A stretch of 64,000 nucleotides of DNA, taken from positions 2,494,022 to 2,558,021 of the forward strand of contig OZ240232.1 of NCBI GenBank assembly GCA_965197895.1, given 5' to 3'. Numbering within the stretch: position 1 is the first letter of the stretch; the number at the start of each line of letters is the position of its first letter. The position numbers were made by a program, and so were the translations under genes. Shown in pieces: positions 49,356-58,092 of the stretch. This stretch comes from Candidatus Versatilivoraceae bacterium. Its GTDB lineage: Bacteria; Acidobacteriota; Terriglobia; Versatilivoradales; Versatilivoraceae. The notes beneath the pieces are model-generated. The model did not search any database. It was given only the letters and a program-made list of their open reading frames with translations, and was not told the DNA's origin.

Positions 49356-50627
49356 ATGCCTCTCACCGATGTTACTATCCGCCGTGCCCAACCTGGCAGT
49401 AAATCCAGAAAAATGTTCGACGGCCGCGGGCTCTATCTGGAAGTCACTCCCCGTGGAGGCAAATACTGGCGGTTGAAGTACCGCTTCGGAGGCAAGGAAA
49501 AGCGACTCTCTCTTGGCGTCTATCCTGACGTTTCTCTCAAAGAGGCTCGGCACCGCTGCGAGGATGCTCGCAGATTGTTGACTCGGGAGATCGATCCGAG
49601 TGAATACCGTCAAGCCCTGAAGGCAGCCAGAGCACAACAGACGACAAACAGTTTTGAAGCCGTGGCACGCGAATGGTTTGCCAAGCATGCCCCCAACTGG
49701 GCTCCCAGTCATTCCAGCCGGATCATCAATCGGCTGGAGCGGGATGTCTTTCCCTGGATTGGAGGCAAGTCGGTGGCCACCGTCACCACTACACAAGTGT
49801 TGGCGCTGGTTCGCAGGTTGGAAGAGCGTGGAGCTCTGGAAACCGCTCATCGCACGCTTCGCAACTGTGGACAGGTGTTTCGCTATGCCGTGGCCACGGG
49901 ACGTGCCACGCACGATCCCTCTGTGGTCTTGAGAGGTGCCTTGCCACCTGTGAAGGGAGGGCACTTCGCTACCCTGACCGATCCCAAGAAAATTGGCCCC
50001 TTATTGAAAGTCTTGGATGGCTACGAGGGATCACTGATCGTTCGGTGCGCCTTGCAGTTGGCCCCACTGGTTTTCGTCCGGCCAGGTGAACTCCGCCGAG
50101 CCGAATGGTCCGATATCGACCTGGAAACGGCCGAATGGCGTTTCACCGTCACCAAGACCGACACCCAGCATCTGGTGCCCCTTTCCCGCCAGGCGGCGGA
50201 GATCCTGCGCGAACTCTACCCACTCACCGGACACGGACGCTATGTCTTCCCGAGCGCCCGCACACCGAGAGGAGACCGTCCCATGAGCGAGAATGCCGTC
50301 CTGGCCGCCCTCAGGCGCATGGGCATTGGCAAGGAGGAGATGAGCGGGCACGGCTTCCGGGCCATGGCGAGGACCCTGCTGGATGAAGTGTTGGGCTTTC
50401 GGCCCGACTATATCGAACACCAGTTGGCTCATGTGGTGCGAGATCCTCACGGACGTGCCTACAACCGCACAGCTCACTTGCCGGAACGGCGCAAGATGAT
50501 GCAGGATTGGGCTGATTACCTGGACCGGCTCAGGGCTGGTGAAAAGGCCGATCCAACCCCGGCTGCGTTGCCGATGCTGGCTGTCGGTAGCGAGAGCCAG
50601 CGTCCCCGGCTTTCTGAGCCGGTCTGA
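49356..50627 (+). CDS. int: P4-type tyrosine recombinase/integrase (DUF4102 N-terminal arm-binding domain)
   Basis: MPLTDVTIRRAQPGSKSRKMFDGRGLYLEVTPRGGKYWRLKYRFGGKEKRLSLGVYP. Catalytic HGFRAMART...HQLAH...AYNR. It lies 165 bp downstream of the tRNA. Confidence 0.9.
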   Translation: MPLTDVTIRRAQPGSKSRKMFDGRGLYLEVTPRGGKYWRLKYRFGGKEKRLSLGVYPDVSLKEARHRCEDARRLLTREIDPSEYRQALKAARAQQTTNSFEAVAREWFAKHAPNWAPSHSSRIINRLERDVFPWIGGKSVATVTTTQVLALVRRLEERGALETAHRTLRNCGQVFRYAVATGRATHDPSVVLRGALPPVKGGHFATLTDPKKIGPLLKVLDGYEGSLIVRCALQLAPLVFVRPGELRRAEWSDIDLETAEWRFTVTKTDTQHLVPLSRQAAEILRELYPLTGHGRYVFPSARTPRGDRPMSENAVLAALRRMGIGKEEMSGHGFRAMARTLLDEVLGFRPDYIEHQLAHVVRDPHGRAYNRTAHLPERRKMMQDWADYLDRLRAGEKADPTPAALPMLAVGSESQRPRLSEPV

Positions 50628-50630
50628 CAG

Positions 50631-50763
50631 CCTTCCCGCAGGGATCACTGTGGAGGGAGCGACCCCCCCGAAAAGGGGATGAAAAGTGCGCAATTTGGTG
50701 CGCAATTGTCATCCCCGCTCGGTGGCGCACTTTGAAGGGTAAAAGGGGGGTCGCTCCCTCCAC
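50631..50763 (+). repeat. 133-nt conserved hairpin element, copy 2
   Basis: A 19-bp outer stem GTGGAGGGAGCGACCCCCC / GGGGGGTCGCTCCCTCCAC encloses an inner 8-bp hairpin GGGGATGA...TCATCCCC. It starts 3 nt after the integrase stop. Confidence 0.7.
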
Positions 50764-50885
50764 TTTCTCCCCTATTGTGCGCCACCATCTCCGCCGGGCG
50801 GAAGGGAGACGCGCGGGGCACAGCCGCGCCGCCCTCTGAGAGAGGCAGATTTACAGGGCTTATCTGCGCAATTTGAAAATGACTT

Positions 50886-51185
50886 TCAAATTGCGGTCAT
50901 TTGACGCCACGAGCTTGACCCCCAGAGGCGGAAATTGTCGATCCATCCTGCTCCGGCCGATGCCGGTGTTTCCTCCTCCGCTTGATCGATCTTATCCACG
51001 ACGGCGTCGAGGCCGCCATGGCGTTCGACGGTGTCCCAATCGGCATCAGCGATGGCTTGCCGAAGAACCACCGCTTCCTTCCTGGCCGTTGCCGGGTCTC
51101 GAGTTGTCCAGGCCTGGAGCACGCGCTGGGTGCGGTCGAGATGTTGCTTGTACCACTTCGACGACAACCTGCTCAACCCTCTCAT
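50886..51185 (-). CDS. small conserved island protein of unknown function
   Basis: It has a homologue (frameshifted) at 23200..23546. The shared motif is AD(A/E)DWDTV.RHGGLDA. The coding strand is not fully certain. Confidence 0.4.
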   Translation of the reverse strand: MRGLSRLSSKWYKQHLDRTQRVLQAWTTRDPATARKEAVVLRQAIADADWDTVERHGGLDAVVDKIDQAEEETPASAGAGWIDNFRLWGSSSWRQMTAI

Positions 51186-51370
51186 ACAGTCGGGCGCCTC
51201 TGGTTTTCAGTCGATGAGCCGCACAGTCTGAGCATTCCGCGATTTTGCCAGGTCTTCCCAGAGGGGCGCTCCTGTATGGTTGCCGTCCCGCAAATCGATC
51301 TTCTAATTGAGCATTACTGTTGGGTTTCGGCGGGGGCTTGCTGCTCTCAATTTTCCGCTCTTTTTCGGTG

Positions 51371-51443
51371 CCTGTGGAAAACAAATCGGTTCCCACGCGC
51401 GCATATAGAGGGGAGAAATGGGAACCGGTTTGTTTTCCACAGG
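51371..51443. promoter_or_regulatory. 25-bp inverted repeat (1 mismatch) with 23-nt spacer upstream of higBA
   Basis: CCTGTGGAAAACAAATCGGTTCCCA ... TGGGAACCGGTTTGTTTTCCACAGG. Confidence 0.5.
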
Positions 51444-51503
51444 CTAAGGAGCCTTTTGCAAAATAAAGAGATCGATTTGATTTCTGGTGATATATTTACC
51501 ACC

Positions 51504-51863
51504 ATGCCCTATGCGAAGCAGAGATACCCGGCCGATCTCTTGGATCAGGCGGCCCGCAAGGCTTTCAACGGCTTCCCCAAACGGGCACAGGATGAGATCT
51601 TGCGGGTGCTGACGGTCGCGGCCGAAGGCCGTAAGGCCGACATCGCCAAACCATTGAAAGGTCTCGGGTCCGGCGTATTTGAGGTGGCTCTCAAGTGCCA
51701 TACCGATGCTTATCGGACGGTCTACGCTCTGCAATTCGAGGAGCGAATTTGGGTTCTACACGCCTTCCAAAAAAAGGCGAGACAGGGTATCAAGACCCCA
51801 AAGAAGGATATCAATCTGATCCGCGAACGGCTTAACTGCTTGAAGAAGGAGTTACAGCAATGA
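51504..51863 (+). CDS. higB: HigB/Gp49-like (RelE/ParE superfamily) toxin
   Basis: ...KPLKGLGSGVFEVALKCHTDAYRTVYALQFEERIWVLHAFQKKARQGIKTPKKDINL is typical of phage-derived Gp49/DUF891 toxins. Only the last 120 aa of the 293-aa ORF are taken as real. Confidence 0.75.
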   Translation: MPYAKQRYPADLLDQAARKAFNGFPKRAQDEILRVLTVAAEGRKADIAKPLKGLGSGVFEVALKCHTDAYRTVYALQFEERIWVLHAFQKKARQGIKTPKKDINLIRERLNCLKKELQQ

Positions 51864-52192
51864 GCAAAACAGACGACGGTCTTGAGTTGGTGCACGGCAG
51901 CGGCAATGTCTTTCGTGACTTCGGTCGCGCTGACGCCGACGTACAGCAGACCAAGGCCCTTCTAGCCGCCCGCATCATCGGCATTCTTGACGATGAAGGG
52001 CTTTCGACGCGCAAGGCCGAGGGCCGCACCGGTGTCAGTCACGCGGACTTTACCCGTATTCGCAACGTGCAGCTTGACCGTTTCACCATTGACCGTCTGA
52101 TGACTGTGCTCTACAAACTCGGCCAGCACGTAGACGTGCAGATCCACGTTTACCCGCGCATAGCTGTTGAAGAAGCACCGGTGCCTTCGTGA
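51860..52192 (+). CDS. higA: XRE-family HTH antitoxin (HigA-like)
   Basis: GSGNVFRDFGRADADVQQTKALLAARI...LSTRKAEGRTGVSHADFTRIRN...FTIDRLMTVL. The ATGA overlaps the toxin gene. Confidence 0.75.
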   Translation: MSKTDDGLELVHGSGNVFRDFGRADADVQQTKALLAARIIGILDDEGLSTRKAEGRTGVSHADFTRIRNVQLDRFTIDRLMTVLYKLGQHVDVQIHVYPRIAVEEAPVPS

Positions 52193-52204
52193 GGTGTCTG
52201 CCTA

Positions 52205-52765
52205 TTTGAACAGCCGACCCATCACTTCGAGGTCTACGGCTGCGCTGGCGAGGTCCGCAGCGCCAAGGGTTATCTGACCCATTGGCACGATGGCTCGGGA
52301 CGGCTGACCGATGCACTGCACGATCCCATAGCGCGGGCACGGCGCTGGCCGCGTGACCTATTCGAGCTGGCCGGCCTGCCGGCGGTGACCTTGCGGGGAG
52401 CCGTCAAGACACCCGCCTACAGCTATAAGCCCAGCGATCAATCCAGGCAGACTTGGGCGGCGGCTGCCGCAGCGGTCGAGCTGGAGACCATCAAGCGAGG
52501 GCTGCGGAACGTCAAGCTGTTCGATGCGGTTCGGTTCTGGGCCTATTCGGTCCCCAGGGGCCATGAGCTGGAGACCTGGACGCGACGGGTCCGGGGCCAC
52601 ACCCCTGAGCAGAACAAGTGCTTTCCTGAGCCATTGGATGAATCCGAGGTCAAGCAGACGGCGGCGCTGTGCGATCGGAGCTGGCTGGGGATCTGGACGG
52701 GAATCCGAAGAGGGCGCGGTCGAGCTTGTCGAGCAGGGCGGCTTGGGGAAACTCCATTTCCATGA
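52205..52765 (+). pseudogene. Prim-Pol / PriCT-1-type primase remnant (N-terminus missing, C-terminus probably shifted)
   Basis: ...HFEVYGCAGEVRSAKGYLTHWH... is Prim-Pol-like. ...NKCFPEPLDESEVKQTAA... is PriCT-like. There is no start codon for the first ~60 codons of the open frame. Confidence 0.4.
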
Positions 52766-52867
52766 GGCTGCCGACGACTAATGAGGAGACTGGTGCGGGG
52801 CTAGCAGTTGCGATGAATTATCTAGGGCCAAGTATGGGGGCACTTCGAAAGGTTGTAAGGATGTTAC

Positions 52868-53013
52868 ATGAGCCTTTTGCAAAATTCCTCTGATCCGGCC
52901 TGCAGATCCAGGTATTACCGTCCAACGGGTCTTTGTTTTCAGTAAGTTATGAGCATAATATCAGATTTGCCGGCAACACAACCTGCCCTGCTGCGAATTT
53001 TGCAAAAGGCTCA
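52868..53013. repeat. 146-bp MITE-like element with perfect 20-bp terminal inverted repeats
   Basis: ATGAGCCTTTTGCAAAATTC (52868-52887) is the exact reverse complement of 52994-53013. Confidence 0.7.
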
Positions 53014-53051
53014 TCTTTATAATAAACACCTTATGGCAAGTGTGCGGTAGA

Positions 53052-53066
53052 CTTCTCGTCCACCAG
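53052..53066 (+). repeat. attR: 15-bp direct repeat of the tRNA-Ala 3' end
   Basis: CTTCTCGTCCACCAG is identical to 49177-49191. Confidence 0.8.
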
Positions 53067-53446
53067 ACTCGGTCGCCGGCTTGGTTGGAACGCAACGCCT
53101 GTCGGCCTACCTGGCCAGCAAGCACGCCTTGGTAGGGCTGACCAAGGCTGGGGCGCTGGACTATGCCGCGGGTGGAGTGCGCATCAACGCCGTCTGTCCC
53201 GGCATCATCGACACGCCGATGGTGCAGCAACTGGTCGGAGGCCGGGAAGCAGCCGACAAGGCAAGCATCCTCACACGCCAACCCATCGGCCGGCCAGGCA
53301 CCCCGGAGGAGATCGCCGAGCCTGTGGCTTGGCTCTGTTCCGATGCCGCGTCTCTGAAAACGGGTCTGCCATGGCCGTGGACGGAGGTTTCACCGCGCAA
53401 TTGGTTCATCGGGACAATTGCGAAGTCAGGGCATTTGTCCGGATAG
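53067..53446 (+). pseudogene. short-chain dehydrogenase/reductase, C-terminal fragment with terminal frameshift
   Basis: (S)VAGLVGTQRLSAYLASKHALVGLTK (the YxxxK active site) begins right at attR. The expected tail AVDGGFTAQ is in another frame (ORF 53329..). Confidence 0.6.
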
Positions 53447-53624
53447 ACGAGCGATGGTCTGTGTCGCAACCGGAATACCCGGGGCGTTGTCCGGGACCCT
53501 CAAGAAACGACGCGCCGACTGCGGGCCGCCTCTCAAAAGGGTCTACAGTTCTTCACGTTCAGATTGACGCCGCTCCACGCGGTATCGTAGGTTGATCCAG
53601 AATTCTTCGTTGAAGGATGCTGTG

Positions 53625-53894
53625 ATGAGTCAGAGCTCCGGGCCTCCTCACCCCCCTTACGCCAGCTTCACCCAAAAACAAGGCCAGTATCTGGCCTTCA
53701 TCCATGCCTATACCACCATCAACCGGCGACCGCCTGCCGAGGCCGACATGCAGCGATACTTCCGGGTCACTCCGCCAACCGTCCATCAAATGGTCCTCAA
53801 ACTCGAGCAGGCCGGACTCATCAGTCGCATGCCCGGAAAACCGCGAAGCATTCAGGTTCTCGTCGATCCGGAAAATCTCCCCCTCCTGAATTGA
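53625..53894 (+). CDS. small winged-helix DNA-binding protein (LexA-N/MarR-like)
   Basis: FTQKQGQYLAFIHAYTTINRRPPAEADMQRYFRVTPPTVHQMVLKLEQAGLISR resembles the LexA DNA-binding domain pattern. Confidence 0.45.
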   Translation: MSQSSGPPHPPYASFTQKQGQYLAFIHAYTTINRRPPAEADMQRYFRVTPPTVHQMVLKLEQAGLISRMPGKPRSIQVLVDPENLPLLN

Positions 53895-54515
53895 GACCCC
53901 TCCAAACCGTCCAAATGACTGGGACGTGCCACTGGATCCTGTTCCTTGCGGACCCTTTGGGCGCTTGACGCTCGAATGCGGGGGTGGTTAGGACGCGGAA
54001 GGGTCGGGCCGGCCCGAATGGCGTCAAGGTTTCGAGCGCTTCAGCGATGTCACGAACTCGTCGGCTTCACCGTCCTTACCGCGGCGGTGCAGCCTTCCCC
54101 CACGCGGGTTTGGCCTTTTACAGTCGTACCGCGCGGTTCCAAGGAATCCTCCAGTTCGTCGCTATCGAGGGTGCCGGCAACAGGAATTCCGACCTTTCCA
54201 CGACGAAACACTGCTCGTTGACTCGCGCGCGTTACGCGACTTGGTCAGGGTTGATGCGGACTTTGGCGACCGGAATGGGTTGAATCCTGATGGAGATTTG
54301 CATTGCTGACTGGCTTCTCGATTGCGGAGCAACGCAAGTGAGGATCGCCTCATCGAGTTGTTTTCCGCAGATCCATTTGTTGTCAAGACGGGATTTCGTG
54401 AGGCTTCGTTCCGATACGCACTGGCGGGCACGGTGTCCGGTCACCAATCGATTCGATCGAAGTGGTTTGCCCGCTGTCCTTGCGTGCTCGATCCAGGGCC
54501 TACGGGTTGGAGGAA

Positions 54516-56708
54516 TTAAGGGATCTGCTTCCCATTTTGACTCAGGATCATTGCCAACTGGCTGGGTTCGGTTACCGGTGCCTTGCAAGTGTAGTTTTCG
54601 CACACGTAGACGGCGGGCTGGCCTTTGACCAACGTCTTACCTTCCAACAGCGGTAGAGCCCGGGCACTGTCGGCGGCGCTCGGGTCGAGGATAGCCACCA
54701 CCTTGTTGGGCAGGAACCGCTGATGGATGACTTCAAGCAACTGCCGGGTCCTGCTCGATTCGAGATCACCAACCAAAGCGATTTCCTTGACCGGACCCAA
54801 GTAGAAGTCGGCAGCCTCAAGCAGATATCCGAAGCCTGCGGGATAACGGGTCAGGGGTAAGCTCATTTGCTCGAGGTTGGCCTCGGCTTTTCGGCGATAT
54901 TCGACGTTTCCCGTCAAGATCGCCAGTTTGAGGAGATTGAACACCGCCACCGAGCTCCCGGCAGGTAAAGCGTTATCGTAAAAATCCCTGACCGGAGTGA
55001 CCAGTTTCTCGTGGTCTTTGCCCGTCAGGAAGAAGGCTGCCTGATCCTCGTCCCAGAACTGCTCCAGCATCCCCTCGTTGTAAAGGACGGCCTGTTCCAG
55101 CCAGGTCCGCTCTCCGGTGGCCTGGTAGAGTGCTAACAGCTCTTCCACAAAGTTGGCGTAGTCATCGAGGTAACCTGGAAGCTTGGAAATCCCGTCCTTG
55201 TAGGTCCGAAAAATCCGGCCGTCTCGGCAAAGATGCTTGAGAAGGAAATTGGTATTGCGCCGGGCGACCTCCAGATAGTCGGGTCTCCGCAGGACCACGG
55301 ATGCCTCGACGAAACTGACGGCCATCATGCCGTTCCAACCGGTCAGAATTTTCTCATCGCGATGGGGTTTTACGCGCTTCTCCCGTTCTCGGAACAAGCG
55401 TTCTCGTCCTCTAGACAGGATCCGGGAGAGTTCCTCCGGAGACAAGGAGAGATCCTCAGCTACCTTTTCCAATGGCCGGGGTACGTTTAAGATGTTATCC
55501 CCCTCGAAGTTTCCCTCGGGCGTAACGTCATAAAAGCGACAAAAGGCCTTACCCTCCTCCTCCCCAAGGATCTCCAGGATTTCCTTTGGGGTCCAAATAA
55601 AGAATTTTCCCTCATGGCCCTCGCTGTCGGCATCCTGAGTCGAATAGAAACCACCCTCGGGGCTCAGCATCTCGCGAACCACGTAATCGAGAATCTCCTC
55701 GACGACCCTGGCGTAGAGTGGATCAGGCCTGACCTGGTAGGCCTCGAGATACAGTCGACTTAGAAGGGCGTTATCGTAGAGCATCTTTTCGAAGTGGGGC
55801 ACCAACCAGCGCTCATCGACGGAATAGCGGTGAAATCCTCCCCCCAGTTGGTCGTACATTCCGCCGTGGGCCATCTTTTCCAGACTCAACTCCACAAAGT
55901 TGCGAGCTCCTTGCCGGCCGGTACGAGAGTAATGGCGAAGTAAGAAGGCCAGGTTCATGGACCCGGGGAACTTGGGCGCCCCGCTGAAGCCTCCATAGGT
56001 CATGTCGAAACGCGAGGCCAACTGGTCAAAGGCCAAGTTAAGGCTCCCGGCCGTCACTTTGCCGGTGCCCGGCGAGATGGCGTTCATTGCCGCAAGTCGC
56101 TGCAGGATTTCCGGGCCCTGAGCTTCAATCTCATTCCTCTTCTCTCGATAGGCTTCGGCCACACTCAGGCAAACGCGCCGGAAGCCGGGCCGCCCAAAAC
56201 GATCCTCCGGAGGATAGTAGGTGCCCCCGTAGAAAGGCACTTGATCCGGGGTCAGAAATACGGTCATGGGCCAACCGCCGCTGCCGGTGGTCATTTGAAC
56301 GTAATTCATATATATGGTGTCCAGGTCGGGCCGTTCCTCCCGATCCACCTTGACGTTGACAAAGTGGGCGTTCATGACTTTGGCAATCTCTTCATTTTCG
56401 AACGATTCCCGCTCCATGACGTGACACCAGTGGCAGGCCGAATAACCAATGCTCAAGAGAATCGGTTTGTCCTCCCGCTTGGCCTTGTCGAGGGCTTCCT
56501 GCCCCCAGGGGTACCAGTCCACCGGATTGTGGGCATGTTGGCGCAGGTAGGGGCTGGTCTCTTTGATCAATCGGTTGGTAAATTCGGGTTTCGCCGCCGA
56601 ACTTTCGATTGAATTCATGGGTTTTTCCTCTGAAGGCTGGCTCTCAAGAAATGCGAAGACCAGTAACAAAACCAGCAGGATTATGGCTACACTTTTCATG
56701 TCCGGCAA
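54516..56708 (-). CDS. thioredoxin-domain (DUF255) protein, YyaL/SSP411 family
   Basis: [38 protein letters not shown] plus an (alpha/alpha)6 C-terminal region. N-terminal signal/TM. Confidence 0.85.
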   Translation of the reverse strand: MPDMKSVAIILLVLLLVFAFLESQPSEEKPMNSIESSAAKPEFTNRLIKETSPYLRQHAHNPVDWYPWGQEALDKAKREDKPILLSIGYSACHWCHVMERESFENEEIAKVMNAHFVNVKVDREERPDLDTIYMNYVQMTTGSGGWPMTVFLTPDQVPFYGGTYYPPEDRFGRPGFRRVCLSVAEAYREKRNEIEAQGPEILQRLAAMNAISPGTGKVTAGSLNLAFDQLASRFDMTYGGFSGAPKFPGSMNLAFLLRHYSRTGRQGARNFVELSLEKMAHGGMYDQLGGGFHRYSVDERWLVPHFEKMLYDNALLSRLYLEAYQVRPDPLYARVVEEILDYVVREMLSPEGGFYSTQDADSEGHEGKFFIWTPKEILEILGEEEGKAFCRFYDVTPEGNFEGDNILNVPRPLEKVAEDLSLSPEELSRILSRGRERLFREREKRVKPHRDEKILTGWNGMMAVSFVEASVVLRRPDYLEVARRNTNFLLKHLCRDGRIFRTYKDGISKLPGYLDDYANFVEELLALYQATGERTWLEQAVLYNEGMLEQFWDEDQAAFFLTGKDHEKLVTPVRDFYDNALPAGSSVAVFNLLKLAILTGNVEYRRKAEANLEQMSLPLTRYPAGFGYLLEAADFYLGPVKEIALVGDLESSRTRQLLEVIHQRFLPNKVVAILDPSAADSARALPLLEGKTLVKGQPAVYVCENYTCKAPVTEPSQLAMILSQNGKQIP

Positions 56709-57272
56709 ACGTCCGAGGGATCGCCGAGTGGCATGGAAATCAGCTCAAGCAGGGCTGGGACTTCCGTCAAGAACTAACCATAACCCGCTTAAGTAATTGG
56801 GTCAAGATCAGGCAGAGCAGGAATTTCCCATTTTTGGGACTTCCTATTCCACTTTTCGATTCTTCTGACGGATCTGTTTCTAATGATTTGAGTCCACTAC
56901 GGCTGGTCTTGGGGGGCAGCGCCTGCTCAACCCATGGTTGTGGTGGCTGGACTCAGAAGGTAGCACAGGCATTCTTGCCTGTGAACCAGAAGCTGGCAGA
57001 ATGCATCCCCCTGTTGAAACATCCCCCCATTTCAGCTCTCAGATCTCCTGACCCTCCTGTTTTCAATGACTTGAGATGAGACGGCCTCGTTTTTTGGGGA
57101 AAGTCCTGCAGGCAGAGAGTTTGGTTGAGTAAGGTCTGGGTTGGATGAAAAGCAGGCAGGGTTGGCGAGGGGCAAATTCGCGTCGCAATTGAGGCCGCTT
57201 TACACTAGAATGAGGCCAATTAAAGACATGGAAACGGTTGCCGTCGGGAGCTGTTTCCTTTGCGGGGCGATT

Positions 57273-58052
57273 ATGAATGCTGACAAGTTGGTGATTGCAG
57301 GGCGAGAGTTTTCTTCCCGCCTGCTGGTGGGGACCGGGAAATATGCTTCTTATCCCCAGATGGTCGAAGCGCTTGAAAGATCAGGCGCCGAAATTGTCAC
57401 CGTTGCCGTGCGCCGGGTGAATATTTCCGATCGCAACCGGGAGTCACTGCTGGACTGGATCGATAGCAGGCGATACTTCATCTTGCCGAACACGGCGGGA
57501 TGTTACAGCCAGGACGAGGCCGTTCGCGCTGCCCGGCTCGGCCGAGAAGCCGGTCTGTCTGACTGGGTGAAGTTGGAGGTGATCGGGGACGAGAAGACAC
57601 TTTTCCCGGACAACGTCGGTCTTCTCAGCGCTACGGAAATCCTGGCGCGGGAAGGCTTCGTCGTTCTTCCTTACACCAATGACGATATCGTAACCGCCCG
57701 ACGTCTGATTGATGCCGGGGCGGCCGCGGTGATGCCCCTGGGAGCGCCAATCGGCTCGGGAATGGGAATCCAGAATGTGGCCACCATGAAGATTCTTCGC
57801 GAAAGAATCACTGAGGTGCCTTTAATTATCGATGCGGGCGTAGGCACGGCGTCGGATGCTTCCATTGCCATGGAGCTAGGCGCGGATGCCGTCCTGATGA
57901 ACACCGGAATTGCCTTGGCCCAAGACCCGATCGAGATGGCGGAAGCCATGAACCTGGCCACCCGGTCGGGGCGTCTGGCTTTCCGGGCAGGAAGAATTCC
58001 AAAAAAACTGTACGCTACGGCCAGCAGCCCGCTAGAGGGAGTGGTGCGCTAG
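57273..58052 (+). CDS. thiG: thiazole synthase
   Basis: [27 protein letters not shown] and the [15 protein letters not shown] motif. Start was moved to the internal Met. Confidence 0.9.
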   Translation: MNADKLVIAGREFSSRLLVGTGKYASYPQMVEALERSGAEIVTVAVRRVNISDRNRESLLDWIDSRRYFILPNTAGCYSQDEAVRAARLGREAGLSDWVKLEVIGDEKTLFPDNVGLLSATEILAREGFVVLPYTNDDIVTARRLIDAGAAAVMPLGAPIGSGMGIQNVATMKILRERITEVPLIIDAGVGTASDASIAMELGADAVLMNTGIALAQDPIEMAEAMNLATRSGRLAFRAGRIPKKLYATASSPLEGVVR

Positions 58053-58092
58053 CGACGGGGGCCATGCTGTCGGGGGTTCTTTGCCGAGGGAG

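Noticed and set aside
50982-51503. The N-terminal 174 aa of the 293-aa ORF 50982..51863.
   Set aside because: Only the last 120 aa match the Gp49/HigB family. The upstream part is antisense to the conserved small ORF and crosses the 25-bp hairpin. The start was therefore set at 51504.
53821-54027. Minus-strand ORF beginning ...RPFRVLTTPAFERQAPKG, reminiscent of the N-terminus of RelE/ParE toxins.
   Set aside because: The resemblance lasts only ~25 aa. After that the ORF becomes low-complexity and overlaps the 3' end of the plus-strand winged-helix gene. At best it is a decayed remnant, so it was not called.
56709-57272. Possible TPP (THI-box) riboswitch in the 560-bp region upstream of thiG.
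   Set aside because: I read the region on the thiG strand. I found no CTGAGA core and no ACC...CTGG...CCAGCG...GGGA pairing typical of the TPP aptamer. Only an 8-bp hairpin is present (CACAGGCA-TTCT-TGCCTGTG, 56964-56983), and it has no U-tract. An Rfam cmscan (RF00059) would be decisive.
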